Below, one piece after another: positions 1 to 11,399 of a stretch of 64,000 bases of DNA. The position numbers and the translations under genes were made by a program. The notes under the pieces are model-generated. The model saw only the letters and a list, made by a program, of their open reading frames with translations, ran no database searches and had not been told where the DNA came from. Location: NCBI GenBank assembly GCA_019358915.1, contig JAHHIM010000021.1, forward strand, positions 1 to 64,000, in the 5' to 3' direction. Origin of the DNA: Trichormus sp. ATA11-4-KO1. Its GTDB lineage: Bacteria; Cyanobacteriota; Cyanobacteriia; Cyanobacteriales; Nostocaceae. The number at the start of each line of letters is the position of its first letter. The stretch's first letter is position 1.

Positions 1-204
1 TACTTGTTCTTTACTCCATCTGTTTTTTTAGCCAGAGGCAATGGCTGGCAAACTAGTTACTTTGTACTATATCTTGAACTCCAAAATCAGGGTCAATACT
101 CTATTTTTTTCAAAATGAGAATTGCTGATATTGTCAAAGTTAAGTTGAAACATCAAATAACCAAAAAATGTCTAAATTATTCAGTTTTAATAGGCTGGCA
201 ACTG

Positions 205-1080
205 ATGAAAAAAGTTACTATTACTATCTGTCAATTCTTTACTTATGGCTTGCTTGGGTTAACATCCTCAACGGCTGTACTAAGTACAAATACTTCCGCT
301 CTAACTCAAGTAGCAAAAGATTCTCCTACTCAGCAAATTTCCGTTCCGGCTTCTCACTTCATCTGGCCGACTCAAGGTTATATTTCTCAAGGCTTCCGTA
401 AATACCAACATGAAGGAATTGATATTGCCGGAGCATCTGGAACCCCCATTGTTGCTGCGGCATCCGGTACAGTTGTTAAAGCTGGCTGGGACAATTGGGG
501 CTTAGGTAATGCGATCGAAATTAAACATCCTCATGGAAGTATCACAGTTTATGGACACAATCGCCGTTTGTTAGTGAGCGAAGGTCAACAGGTTAATCAA
601 GGTCAAATTATTGCCGAAATGGGTTCTACAGGTAATAGTTCAGCCCCCCATCTGCATTTTGAAATTTATCCCAATGCACGCATAGCTGCTGATCCTATTC
701 GCCTCTTAACATCTTCCACCGCAAATAAAATAACACCGCATCCCAGTCAACAAGTTTCACCTTCCCAACCAATTCCCGTCAGTCTGACACCTGCGAACAC
801 TGATACCGAATGCCATGGACTCACAATCATGGCAGGTGAAACTGCCAAGAATCTGATTAAAATCTGTGAGGACAATGGGCAGTTATTTTATATTGGGCAG
901 TTGAAGCAAGACTTAAGTAGGCCAATCAAAATACCAGCTTGGCATATTGGCAACAATAGATATAGAGCAAATAATGGTAGTTTTTCTTACTTTGTCAGTC
1001 CTGAAAGAGTTGAAGTATGGCGCAATGGCATTCAGGTGCGTAGTGATATCTTTGATACTCTAACGCGATCGCCGAAATGA
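205..1080 (+). CDS. M23 family metallopeptidase, secreted
   Basis: HEGIDIA and HLHFE zinc motifs. Signal-like N-terminus from ATG 205 (MKKVTITIC...); the ORF track extends upstream to 4. Confidence 0.9.
   Translation: MKKVTITICQFFTYGLLGLTSSTAVLSTNTSALTQVAKDSPTQQISVPASHFIWPTQGYISQGFRKYQHEGIDIAGASGTPIVAAASGTVVKAGWDNWGLGNAIEIKHPHGSITVYGHNRRLLVSEGQQVNQGQIIAEMGSTGNSSAPHLHFEIYPNARIAADPIRLLTSSTANKITPHPSQQVSPSQPIPVSLTPANTDTECHGLTIMAGETAKNLIKICEDNGQLFYIGQLKQDLSRPIKIPAWHIGNNRYRANNGSFSYFVSPERVEVWRNGIQVRSDIFDTLTRSPK
1065..1072. repeat. HIP1 octamer GCGATCGC (representative copy)
   Basis: Many copies throughout the window, e.g. 1065, 2472 and 2645; a hallmark of cyanobacterial DNA. Confidence 0.9.
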
Positions 1081-1326
1081 GTTTGTTTATTACTGCCATC
1101 AGGGAAGATATTGCATTCTCAACTAAATTTAACCTAATTCTGATAAATGTAATCTCTGGTAAAGTTTCTTAATACCAGTTTAATTTTTCATTCTCCTTTA
1201 ATTTTACTCACAGTAAAATCGCTTGATTACTGCTGTAATATAAAATACATTAAAATCAAATATAAAGTGAAAACTAGTAATTTTCCCTCACTTCTCAAGT
1301 CAAGTTATTGCATAAAGGAGTACATT

Positions 1327-2199
1327 ATGGACTACATGGCTTATTCCCATATATTTATGGCTAACGAAGAGGTGACAGATAACATCGAATGTCATTTTCC
1401 CAAGTTCCAATTTGAATGGAAAAGGCTTTTTCAGTCTTCTGCTATCACGGAAAAAATTGCATCTGATTTGCCCAATCAATTTAACTGGAAAAATTTTCTA
1501 AAATCTTCGGCGTGGTTGGCTTTAGCTGGCATTAGTGTACTTTTTGCCACAGTTACCCACGCTCAGACAACTTCAACAGCATACATAACGACTAATGGTA
1601 GTTGTCTACGTGTCCGTGAAGATGCAAACCTCAACTCCCGAATTGTGGACTGTATCCCTAATCGTACCCAAATAACGAGTACGGAAATAATCAATGGTTT
1701 TGCACGACTGTCTCCCAATAGATTCGTTTCTGCTAGATGGATTGGCAGTACACCAAATAATCGTCCCGTCAGAACTATGACTAGTGCTGGTGTGGGCGGC
1801 CCAGTAAATCTGAGGTTTGGCGCTCGAAATTCGGCTGTGACAGAAGTTCAAAGAGCTTTAGGTGTGCAACCTACCGGATATTATGGACCTACCACGGTTC
1901 GTGTAGTTAGAGAGTTTCAGGCACGTAATAATTTACTTGTGGATGGCATTGTCGGCCCACAAACTCGCAGTGCTTTATTGAGAAACAGTAACCAAAGTCC
2001 TACTGGTGGCCCAGTGAATTTGAGTTTGGGATCTCGCAGTTCGGCTGTGACAGAAGTGCAAAAAGTGTTAGGGGTAGAACCAACTGGATATTATGGCCCT
2101 ACCACGGCTCGCGTAGTTAGAGAGTTTCAGGCACGTAATAATTTACTTGTGGATGGCATCGTCGGCCCACAAACTCGCAGTGCTTTATTTAGAGGATAA
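1327..2199 (+). CDS. Peptidoglycan-binding protein (SH3b-like domain plus two PG_binding_1 repeats)
   Basis: Two copies of VTEVQ..LG...TGYYGP.T...VREFQ.RNNL.VDGIVGPQT; CLRVRE SH3b-like start; AAGGAG ahead of ATG 1327. Confidence 0.85.
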   Translation: MDYMAYSHIFMANEEVTDNIECHFPKFQFEWKRLFQSSAITEKIASDLPNQFNWKNFLKSSAWLALAGISVLFATVTHAQTTSTAYITTNGSCLRVREDANLNSRIVDCIPNRTQITSTEIINGFARLSPNRFVSARWIGSTPNNRPVRTMTSAGVGGPVNLRFGARNSAVTEVQRALGVQPTGYYGPTTVRVVREFQARNNLLVDGIVGPQTRSALLRNSNQSPTGGPVNLSLGSRSSAVTEVQKVLGVEPTGYYGPTTARVVREFQARNNLLVDGIVGPQTRSALFRG

Positions 2200-3306
2200 A
2201 CCCAAATAATTTTGCACAATTTGCAAAATACGTGCTGCTGCATGGCCATCTCCATAAGGATTTATGGCGTTTGCCATTGCTTCATAGACGTTGGGGTTAC
2301 TTAGCAACTCACTCGCAGTCTCAACAATTTTTTCAGTTGTCGTTCCCACTAACTTAGCTGTCCCAGCCGTTACCGCCTCTGGTCTTTCGGTAGTGTCTCT
2401 CATCACCAATACTGGTTTTCCCAGGCTAGGGGCTTCTTCTTGTAAACCACCAGAATCAGTTAATAAGAAATGCGATCGCCCAATTGCTCCCACCAGTTCG
2501 GCATAATCTAAAGGTTCTGTCAAAAATATCCGGGGATGATTGCCTAACAGTGCTTGTAATGGTTCTCGGACTGTGGGGTTACGGTGCAATGGTAACAACA
2601 AGGCTGTATCGGGGAATTTATCTAATATCTGTAAAAATGCTTGAGCGATCGCTTGCAGTGGTTCTCCCCAGTTCTCCCGCCGATGAACTGTTGCTAGCAA
2701 GGTGCGATATGAGTTCCAGCTTAAACCTGGGACATTACAAGCTGGTTCGGTTGCAGCTACATTGAGTAGGGCATCAATTACTGTGTTACCCGTCAGGTGA
2801 ATTTCACCTAAAACACCAGAACGCTGTAAATTTTCCCCAGCCCATGCAGTTGGCGCAAAATGTAACTGAGTGAGTTGAGAAATCAGCCGCCGATTAGCTT
2901 CTTCTGGATATGGATTAAATAGGTCATCAGTTCTTAACCCCGCTTCTACATGACCAACAGGGATTTTTTGGTAAAAAGCTGCCAAAGCTGCGGCAAACGC
3001 TGTAGTCGTGTCTCCCTGTACTATGACTAAATCAGGCTGACTTTTTTGGAATAATGTTTCTAACCCCCGCAAGCTGCGGCAAGTAATATCATTTAGAGTT
3101 TGCTGAGGCTGCATAATCTCTAAATTATGATCTGCCTTGAGGTTGAACAACTGCATCACTTGCTCAACCATTTCGCGATGCTGTCCAGTTAAAATTACCT
3201 GCAACTCAAAGTCTGGAGATTGTTGGAAGACTTGAATTACCGGAGCAAGTTTAATTGCTTCTGGACGTGTACCCAAAATAATACAAACTTCCTTTTTAAT
3301 AGTCAT
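2185..3306 (-). CDS. wecB: UDP-N-acetylglucosamine 2-epimerase (non-hydrolysing)
   Basis: GTRPEAIK, TGQHREM, QGDTTT, HVEAGLR and DSGGLQEEAP motifs. Confidence 0.96.
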   Translation of the reverse strand: MTIKKEVCIILGTRPEAIKLAPVIQVFQQSPDFELQVILTGQHREMVEQVMQLFNLKADHNLEIMQPQQTLNDITCRSLRGLETLFQKSQPDLVIVQGDTTTAFAAALAAFYQKIPVGHVEAGLRTDDLFNPYPEEANRRLISQLTQLHFAPTAWAGENLQRSGVLGEIHLTGNTVIDALLNVAATEPACNVPGLSWNSYRTLLATVHRRENWGEPLQAIAQAFLQILDKFPDTALLLPLHRNPTVREPLQALLGNHPRIFLTEPLDYAELVGAIGRSHFLLTDSGGLQEEAPSLGKPVLVMRDTTERPEAVTAGTAKLVGTTTEKIVETASELLSNPNVYEAMANAINPYGDGHAAARILQIVQNYLGLSSK

Positions 3307-3558
3307 TCTTTAAGCAAACAGACATAAATAAACAAAAGTTAATAGTAACGTGATAATTAACTATTGTGGAATGGGCTTCTAGCCCTTCCAGAACAGGCAT
3401 CTTGCCTGTTTCACAAGAAAATCATCATGCACTATTTCAGATGTATCAGTCCAGTAGATATGATATGCCAGAGGCTAACACACCATTAATTTTTTCCACT
3501 TACTGAATAGTGATAATAACAAAAATAAGAATCAGAAATTTAGATGAAAAAAGCATGA

Positions 3559-3579
3559 AAAAACCCGGCTTAACCGGGC
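3559..3579 (-). terminator. Intrinsic terminator of the 3613-3987 gene
   Basis: CCCGG-N-CCGGG hairpin followed by a T run on the minus strand, just after the stop. Confidence 0.6.
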
Positions 3580-3612
3580 AGATGCGATGTTTGTCGAATT
3601 TAGTGAGATAAA

Positions 3613-3987
3613 CTATACCTCAATGTCACAAGTTAAAGGACAAGCTGCATATACAGTAGTTTGCATTTGCTCTGCTTCACCATGTAGCCAGCTTAACCAC
3701 TTGACTTCGTTCGGATGTACACCTCTAAAAGTCAATACACCAGCAGCGACCATAACTGCCATGACATTAAACATAATCAACCCACCTGCTACAAGCAAAA
3801 CTGCACTAACAGGCATTACAGATTGCAGCACAATCGACAACAAGCATCCGACCGTAGCCATCAAAAAGACCAATGGAAAACCGACAACCAACAAGCATAC
3901 TGCCAACGTGAAAGTCCAGATCAAAAAACTTTTGATCATCATCAAGGAGTAGGTCTTTCCTAGATTAGAGCTTTGAGCCAAAACCAT
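3613..3987 (-). CDS. Conserved cyanobacterial membrane protein, unknown function
   Basis: Long hydrophobic segments and C-terminal YAACPLTC; GGAGG upstream of ATG 3987. Confidence 0.7.
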   Translation of the reverse strand: MVLAQSSNLGKTYSLMMIKSFLIWTFTLAVCLLVVGFPLVFLMATVGCLLSIVLQSVMPVSAVLLVAGGLIMFNVMAVMVAAGVLTFRGVHPNEVKWLSWLHGEAEQMQTTVYAACPLTCDIEV

Positions 3988-4715
3988 GACTTTTCCTCCC
4001 AAAAATACACAGCAAGGTTTTTAGTTTCAGTCATATCTCGTTTCTAACGAGTTAACCAAATTTGTTCAATTGAAGTTTTAGTATATAAAAAGCTTTTGAT
4101 AAAATGAGCATTTATTTACTAAACTTTACAGTTGATTTTTTATAAATATGAATGTAAAGTTCACTTCACATTTAAGCTTTAACCTAGCTTCTGGAATCTA
4201 TCTTTAGGAATAGAAGGTAAAAGACATTAACTATTCCATTCCCTTTACCCCGTAGTTAATTAGCTTATGCTTAACATTTCTTATAAAAATTGCTAGTGTC
4301 TCTCATAATTCTCAGACAAGGCTGAAAAAATTATCTACTGCTGTTTTTGCTATTAATTGCTGGCAACTTGCGTCTATACTTTGCACAAAAAATTCTCATC
4401 TAACAGGTGAGAGTATTTACATCTGCATTTATTGTATAAATAAGCTCTTAATATTATCCTGATATATACTGAAGTATTTGCATGGATATAGTGTGTTAAA
4501 CCAGTTTATAAATGAAACTGAAAAAATTTTCCTAAAATGAAACACACAAAAACTTGAATAAAAAATATATAAGTATAAAACCTAAATGTAACGGATTATT
4601 GCGGTGAAATTTTGCTGTAGATAGATACCAGCAATTCCGCTTCCCACCTGATTCAGAGCCGCTACAAGAGATTTTTCGCTAATTTCAATTGATCAAGGTC
4701 ACATTTTAAAGATAT

Positions 4716-5981
4716 ATGACAGAATCACAGCTTCCACCAAACTCCCACCCTGTTGCGCCTCGGAATGTGCCACCAATGCCACCGCCACCACCAGCGTTAA
4801 TAACGCAGCGCCAGTCTACACAAACATTGGATATGTCAGTTAATAGAAATACCAGCCAGCCAGGTGCTGCCCATCGTCCAGGTACTCCCCCACCCATGCC
4901 TACTGCCAAAAGTAGCAGTTCGGTGCTCAGTTTAGCGCAGATCATCAGGGAAGCGTATGATTTAGAGTATTCTGACGTTCACCTAGGAATAGGTGAAATT
5001 CCCCGCTTCCGTAACCGAGGAGAAATTCAGATAACGGATTATCCACAAACAGATCGAGATACTTTTATTAGTTGGTTGCGGGAGGTGATGACAGAGGCAG
5101 AAATTCAGCATTTTCAAGAAAACCTCGAATTTGATGGTGCAACTCAGTACGACTTTGCTCGTGTGCGGATTAATGTTTTTGGCTCCCTCAAGGGCTATGC
5201 AATGGTGCTGCGGTTAATTCCCTTGAAAATCTTGTCTATGGAACAGTTGAGATTACCGACAGTTTTTCGGGAGATTTGCCACCACCATAAAGGTTTGATT
5301 TTAGTAACTGGGCCGACTGGTTCTGGTAAATCAACGACAATGGCAGCGATGATTGACTACATCAATAGAGAGATGGCTAAACATATCATCACCATTGAAG
5401 ATCCCATTGAATTTGTCCACCAAAGCCGCAAATCCTTAGTTAAACAACGGGAAGTGGGAATGCACACCCGGAAATTTGACAACGCTTTAAAAGCAGCTTT
5501 GCGGGAAGATCCAGATTTGATTCTGGTGGGGGAAATGCGGGATAAAGAAACAGTCAACACCGCCCTGAAAGCTGCTCAGACTGGTCACTTGGTGATGGGA
5601 ACTCTCCACACTAATAGTGCAGTGAAAACCATTGAGCGGATTCTCAATCTCTACTCAGGTGAGGAACAGGAGGCAATGCGGGTGGCAATTTCCGAGTCTT
5701 TAGTGGCGGTGATTGCTCAAGGTTTATGCCGCACAACTGATGGTAAGCGGGCGGCATTCCACGATATCCTGATTAACACTGAGGCAATTAAGGAATGGAT
5801 CAAAGACGGTAAATATGATGAAATTAGTGAGCTGATGAAGCAAGCTAGTTTTGACGGGATGATTACCATGAATCAGTCTTTGTTGAACCTCTATCAAGAA
5901 GGTCGGATCACAGAAGAAACAGCTTTAGAAATGTCACCGACTCCTAACGAAATGGCACAATTTCTCCGAGGACGAGTTTAG
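4716..5981 (+). CDS. pilT: Type IV pilus retraction ATPase, PilT2-type with Pro-rich N-terminal extension
   Basis: GPTGSGKSTT Walker A, EDPIE Asp box, LREDPDLILVGEMRD, TGHLV.GTLH His box. Confidence 0.93.
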   Translation: MTESQLPPNSHPVAPRNVPPMPPPPPALITQRQSTQTLDMSVNRNTSQPGAAHRPGTPPPMPTAKSSSSVLSLAQIIREAYDLEYSDVHLGIGEIPRFRNRGEIQITDYPQTDRDTFISWLREVMTEAEIQHFQENLEFDGATQYDFARVRINVFGSLKGYAMVLRLIPLKILSMEQLRLPTVFREICHHHKGLILVTGPTGSGKSTTMAAMIDYINREMAKHIITIEDPIEFVHQSRKSLVKQREVGMHTRKFDNALKAALREDPDLILVGEMRDKETVNTALKAAQTGHLVMGTLHTNSAVKTIERILNLYSGEEQEAMRVAISESLVAVIAQGLCRTTDGKRAAFHDILINTEAIKEWIKDGKYDEISELMKQASFDGMITMNQSLLNLYQEGRITEETALEMSPTPNEMAQFLRGRV

Positions 5982-6031
5982 TTACAGTAAAAGGAAAAAG
6001 GTAAAGGATAAAATTTTTTTACTTTTTCCTT

Positions 6032-6820
6032 TTGAGTTCCCTCACCCCTATAACTGACTTGATCACAGATAAACTATCTAAACCCCAGTTGTTCAAAGGT
6101 ATTGCCCTTTTTACACCAGGAGGAGATTTAATTTATTGCATCGACCCTAACAAGCAGGGTCGATGGCATTTGCATTTGTGTGCTGCTTTGCAGGAAATTT
6201 TAGACTTACCAGAACCGCCACATTTTTTAGTGCCTTGCTATACCGCAACCATTGATCACTGGTTAGATCCACATACCCACCAAGTGCGAACTTTTGCGGA
6301 AGCGTATCCAGCCGTCATGCGACATCAAGCTGTACTTAACGCTATTTTTGGTACAGGTGAGCTAGTTTGGCAAACAGCACCTTGGCAAGATGGGTTGTGC
6401 GATCGCATGGTGTTAACAACCTATCGTGCCTCATTTCCCCAACTTTGGGAAGACCATGACTTAATTGTGGATTTAGACTGTTCGCAACCTACACCAAAGT
6501 ATCATCCACCAGTCATCACTGCCCAAAAGGTACAGTTACAAGCACAATGCTATGTTCTGCGCTTGTTTGTTGCTGGACATAGTGCCAACACAGAACGCAT
6601 CCTCCAGAATCTGCACGAACTCTTAGAGCGATCGCTAGGATATCCTTACACCATGAAAGTGATTGATGTTTTAACAAATCCAGAACAGGCAGAAATTGAT
6701 CAAGTGTCTGCAACTCCCACCCTAGTAAAGGTTTGGCCGCAACCAGTGCGCCGAATTGTGGGAGATTTAGATAATGTCGATAAACTCTTACAAATGTTAG
6801 GCGCTACAGAAAAAATTTAA
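6032..6820 (+). CDS. KaiB-domain protein with an extra N-terminal domain
   Basis: C-terminal YVLRLFVAG...IDVL.NPE.AE...V.ATPTLVK..P.P.RRIVGDL matches KaiB. Start codon uncertain. Confidence 0.85.
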   Translation: MSSLTPITDLITDKLSKPQLFKGIALFTPGGDLIYCIDPNKQGRWHLHLCAALQEILDLPEPPHFLVPCYTATIDHWLDPHTHQVRTFAEAYPAVMRHQAVLNAIFGTGELVWQTAPWQDGLCDRMVLTTYRASFPQLWEDHDLIVDLDCSQPTPKYHPPVITAQKVQLQAQCYVLRLFVAGHSANTERILQNLHELLERSLGYPYTMKVIDVLTNPEQAEIDQVSATPTLVKVWPQPVRRIVGDLDNVDKLLQMLGATEKI

Positions 6821-6838
6821 TTGCCTGACTAATGAGCT

Positions 6839-8311
6839 TTACACTGGATTGCTTTGCTTTTTTACTTTTAGCTTCAGTTGCAATTCATCTTTAATTCGAT
6901 TGAGAATTGATGTTTCATCTAGATTTGCCAAAATGCGACTGATGACTGCTTTTGGCCCTTCTGGCCCCCAAGTTGCACCATTAGCTAAATAAACTTTCGT
7001 CACTTGTCCAATACCATAAGAAGAAACACCAGCCACACCAGCTTGAGTTAATGCCACCGAAATATAGGGCGCAAGAGTCGCACCAGCTGTCGCTGATGCA
7101 GAGATACCTAGTAAAGTTTTCAATCCACTCAAGCCTAAGTTAGCCAGTAGTTCACTAACACCAATACCGCCCATACTGAAAGCAATTTTTTGTAGCAATT
7201 GTACAGCACCAGCTTCCGTCATGGGGATGCCATAGAGTTTAGACAAACCCAAAATCAGGAAAATATCAATTACTACACTACTTAATACATCTACCACAGT
7301 TACCGGATTGAGAGCGATCGCTACTGCTTTGGTCATCACAGCTTTCCAAATTAACTGATTGGCATTTTGTTCGCGAATCATCAGTTTTCGCTCTACTAAT
7401 TGCTCATTGACGGTGTCTGCATAAAGCATGGTATTAAGAGCAACTAAGGCTTTGCCTTCACGGTGCAGAATCTCTAAAATTTTCAGCTTCAGTTCCTCAA
7501 CTTGGGCTGCACCTGTACGTAACTGCACTCCCCTAGTGCCATCAGGTCGAAGAATTGCCGTTTTTACCAATGGTGATGCTGCGGCCATGACAATTTCTAG
7601 GGGTGTAAGTAACTCCCTTACCCGTTCATCCCGAATTTTGTGGTAAATTGCCATCCGGTCTGCTTCTGGATACTGATCTACTTTGTTAAATACCAGGATG
7701 ATTGGTTTACCTGCTTCCCGCAACTGGGAAAGAGCCTCGTGTTCTATCTTGGTCATGTCGCCAGCAATTACAAACAAAATTAAATCTGCTTGCTTGGCCA
7801 CCTGTTCGGCTAATGCTGCACGTGTATCACCATCAACTTCGTCTAACCCAGGAGTATCAATTAATTCCACCTGAGATTGACCGACAGCAGGTAGAGTCAC
7901 CCGTAAGGCGCGTTCAGTTTCTCCAATTGCTTCCTCACTAATACTCCAGTTAACTCGTTGAGCATCACGGGTAACTCCATGTAAGGGACCAGTTTCAAAC
8001 ACAGTTTGCCCAACCAAGGCATTAAGTAGGGAAGACTTACCACGTCCCACCATGCCAAAAGCTGCAATCTGTACCACCATGCTGTCTAACTTGCCTAACA
8101 TGGCTTCTAAATCAGCGATTTCTGCCTCTAATCCAGTTTTTTCTTGGGGTGTCAGGTCGAGACTAGCTACCAAATTCCGCAGCGCCGTTTGTGCTTGTTT
8201 ATAGTTCAATTCTGTTTGAATATCTTCAAAGCTGAAAATGGCACTATCAAGTTCTTCCTCCCAGTTGAGAGAATTGGTATCATTGTGATGGTCAGGCAAT
8301 GCGGAAGTCAT
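6839..8311 (-). CDS. GTP-binding protein with DUF697 (YcjF-like) membrane domain
   Basis: GMVGRGKSS G1, DTPG G3, NKVD G4 motifs; hydrophobic C-terminus. Confidence 0.88.
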   Translation of the reverse strand: MTSALPDHHNDTNSLNWEEELDSAIFSFEDIQTELNYKQAQTALRNLVASLDLTPQEKTGLEAEIADLEAMLGKLDSMVVQIAAFGMVGRGKSSLLNALVGQTVFETGPLHGVTRDAQRVNWSISEEAIGETERALRVTLPAVGQSQVELIDTPGLDEVDGDTRAALAEQVAKQADLILFVIAGDMTKIEHEALSQLREAGKPIILVFNKVDQYPEADRMAIYHKIRDERVRELLTPLEIVMAAASPLVKTAILRPDGTRGVQLRTGAAQVEELKLKILEILHREGKALVALNTMLYADTVNEQLVERKLMIREQNANQLIWKAVMTKAVAIALNPVTVVDVLSSVVIDIFLILGLSKLYGIPMTEAGAVQLLQKIAFSMGGIGVSELLANLGLSGLKTLLGISASATAGATLAPYISVALTQAGVAGVSSYGIGQVTKVYLANGATWGPEGPKAVISRILANLDETSILNRIKDELQLKLKVKKQSNPV

Positions 8312-8619
8312 AATTAATATAAAATTTACTCTTTCCGATCCTAGTCATTTTTAGCAGGAGTTTGGGATCGGTAAAAGGGAGCAGGTACAAATATTTTTCA
8401 TCACACAGCGCTGATTCTTTTTAGATGCTGGCTGCACTGTTCTCTGGCGATGTATTCAAGTCAAACTGAGAATCAGTGAAATTGTCGATTAATGCTAATA
8501 TAGTAATCCGATTTAATTTAAAAACTACTCGTGTAGTCAAGGGACAGGTTTGTTTGCCACTCATTTAGGGTTGCTACATAAGCTTGCTTTAGTTAGGGTG
8601 CGTTCAAAATAAGACCCTT

Positions 8620-10406
8620 CTAAATCCCAGACTGTACACGCCACAGACTAGCATAAATTCCATCAAGTGCTATTAAATCCTCGTGCTTACCCTGCTCGAC
8701 AATTTGACCATTATCCATCACGTAAATACGATGACTATGGCGAATTGTAGAAAGACGATGAGCGATCGCTATGGTCGTCCGATTTTGAGTAATTATGGCT
8801 AGAGATTTCTGAATAGCTGCTTCGTCTCATTATCCACCGCAGAGGTCGCCTCATCCAAAATCAAGATTGGTGGGTCTTTGAGAATAGCACGGGCTATGGC
8901 AATTCTTTGTCGTTGTCCACCAGACAGCTTTTGACCGCGTTCGCCCACGATAGTATCGTATCCTTGGGGTAGTTGCAGAATGAACTCATGAGCTTCAGCT
9001 AACTTGGCAGCATGGATAATTTCTTCATGACTCGCATCAAAACTACCATAAGCAATATTCTCAGCTACCGTACCGTGAAATAAAAACACATCCTGACTCA
9101 CCCAACCGATACAACGTCGTAAATCAAATAAATTGAGGTCGCGGATATCAATGTCGTCAATTAAAATACGTCCACCTTGTACTTCATAAAACCGTAGTAA
9201 AAGTTTAACTAAGGTACTTTTACCTGAACCCGTTGCACCGACAATACCGATTGTGGCTCCGGCGGGAATCTGTAGGGATAAATTTTTGAGTATATCGTTG
9301 CGTTCGTTGTAGGCAAAGGTAATATTATCAAATTGTACTTGACGAGCTATAGTTGCAATTGGTAAGGAATTGTTACCGTGGGGAATTGCGATGGCAGTAT
9401 CAAGTAAACCCATAACACGACGCACCGAGGCCATTGCTCGCTGATACTCATCCATGATTTCGCTGAGAAAAGTAAACGGCCAGAGTAAATCTTGAACAAT
9501 AAACACCATGAAGCCATAAGTACCCACAGTCAGGCCACCTTGTAGCACTTCTCGACCACCCAGATACAATGTCAGCACAAACCCTAGCAAAATCAAAAAT
9601 CGCAGCACGGGTTGAAAAGCGACACTCAAGGCGATCGCCTGTTTGTTACTGCGACGATAGAATTCACTTTCTTGGTAAACGCGATCGCTTTCATAAGCTT
9701 CAGCCGTAAAGCTTTTAATCGTGGCAATTCCAGAGATATTGTTAGCGAGGCGATCGCTGATAATTCCGGCGTGGTCTCGTACTGTATCATAGCGGGGAGC
9801 TAAACGAGATTGAAAGGTGAACGTTCCCCAGAGGATAAACGGGATAGGTAACATCGCCAGCCACCCAATACCAGGAGCCAGCAGCAAAAAGCTCATCCCC
9901 ACCGCAAATACTCGCGTGAAAAAGCCGATGAGGTTCTGAGCGCCAGAATTGAAGAAGCCTTCAAGCTGGTTGATGTCATCATTGAGAATAGATAGCAGGA
10001 TACCCGTGCTACGGTCTTCAAAATACGCCAGTTCTAGTTCTTGTAAGTGGTTGTAAGTATCAACTCGTAATTCGTGTTGTAGGGTTTGTGCTAAATTACG
10101 CCAAATTTTGTCGGCTGCATATTGGCTGAGGGATTCTAAACCCCAAGTGGCGATCGTTAGGACAGACAATACTAATAACTGATTCAGGGGATTTTGAATA
10201 CCAAACCGCGCAATTAAGGAAGTTTCTCGTTCGACTACCACATCTACTGCAATACCGATCAGATAAGGTGGTGCTAAGTCTAATAGGGTACGCAGAATTG
10301 AACAAATAATTGCACCCCAAATTTGAGGTTGATAGGGTTTAGCATAACGCAGTAAACGCGGGAGGGGGTGAGCAACAGGTTTTGACATTGTGATGGGCAG
10401 GTTCAT
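8620..10406 (-). pseudogene. ABC exporter (permease plus ATPase), frameshifted near the 3' end
   Basis: GATGSGKS, LSGGQRQR and ILDEATS motifs. After DNET (about 8824) the expected continuation EAAIQKSL...[13 protein letters not shown]...SLWRVQSGI lies in another frame and ends at TAG 8620. Confidence 0.85.
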
Positions 10407-10504
10407 AAGAGAAACGAACTAAAAACTAATATTTTTTTGATAAAAATTTACTTTTTGCAATTAAGTCGAATGAGATAATTTCCAGATGTGCATCTAGTTT
10501 AGAC

Positions 10505-11338
10505 ATGGCAAAATCTTCCGATATCAGTAGTAAAAAAATTATTAGTCTTGCCCCCGATAAATGGGTAAAGTGGGTGACAAATATTCCCGACACCATAGTT
10601 AAAGAAATTCTGAATTCTGAGTTTCAATGGATTAGTCGAGAAAATGATGTATTAATTCGTGCGGAGAGTCGTGAATATGGAAAATTTCTGGTTCTCAACG
10701 AAGTGCAAATACGCTATAAATCAGATATGCCATTGCGTATTAATGCTTACACTGCTTTAGCCAGGGAGAAATATAAGTTACCAATTTATCCAGTATTGAT
10801 TAATATTCTCCCAGATGGAAATGTCAACATACCTAACCGCTACGAGTCAAATTTTGCTGGTTTACAAGCGCGTCAAGATTATCGCGTGATTAATTTGTGG
10901 GAAGTTGATGTCAATATTGCTTTTCAACAAGAAATTTCGTCATTGCTTCCTTTTGTACCTATACTCAAAGGAGGAGATGACGAGTCAACAATTCGAGAAG
11001 CATTACGATTGCTGCGTGCAGACGAGCAGTTAAATCAACTGGAGACGGTTTTAGCATTTTTTGCTACCTTTGTGTTAGAGAGTGAATTAGTTCAACAAAT
11101 CATGAGGTGGGATATGGCAATTTTACGTGAGTCTCCTTGGTATCAGGAAATCGAACAGCGCGGAAGAAAGGAAGGGCTTTTATCTGGTATTGAGTTAGCA
11201 TTGGAAATTAAGTTTGGTTTAGATGGTTTAGAATTAATGCCGACTATCTCACAAATTAGTGATTTGCAGAAATTGCAAGTAGTTAAGCAAGCGATTAAAA
11301 GTTCAAATACTGTTGAGGAATTGCAGTCATTTTTGTAG
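10505..11338 (+). CDS. Rpn family recombination-promoting nuclease / putative transposase (PD-(D/E)XK)
   Basis: RENDVL...LNEVQ...MPLR..AY, YRVINLWE and LRESPWYQEI motifs typical of cyanobacterial Rpn/DUF4351 proteins. Confidence 0.88.
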   Translation: MAKSSDISSKKIISLAPDKWVKWVTNIPDTIVKEILNSEFQWISRENDVLIRAESREYGKFLVLNEVQIRYKSDMPLRINAYTALAREKYKLPIYPVLINILPDGNVNIPNRYESNFAGLQARQDYRVINLWEVDVNIAFQQEISSLLPFVPILKGGDDESTIREALRLLRADEQLNQLETVLAFFATFVLESELVQQIMRWDMAILRESPWYQEIEQRGRKEGLLSGIELALEIKFGLDGLELMPTISQISDLQKLQVVKQAIKSSNTVEELQSFL

Positions 11339-11399
11339 TTTGAACGTTAGTGTAAAATCAGGAAATTTATTTTCGTTTTAGCAAATCACTAGGTAGAAT

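Noticed and set aside
1795..2190. Template/variable repeat pair of a diversity-generating retroelement
   Set aside because: Differences are not adenine-specific, both copies are in-frame domains, and there is no reverse transcriptase in the window.
4003..4715. Possible ncRNA in the long AT-rich intergenic region
   Set aside because: No recognisable structure or family motif; consistent with divergent promoters.
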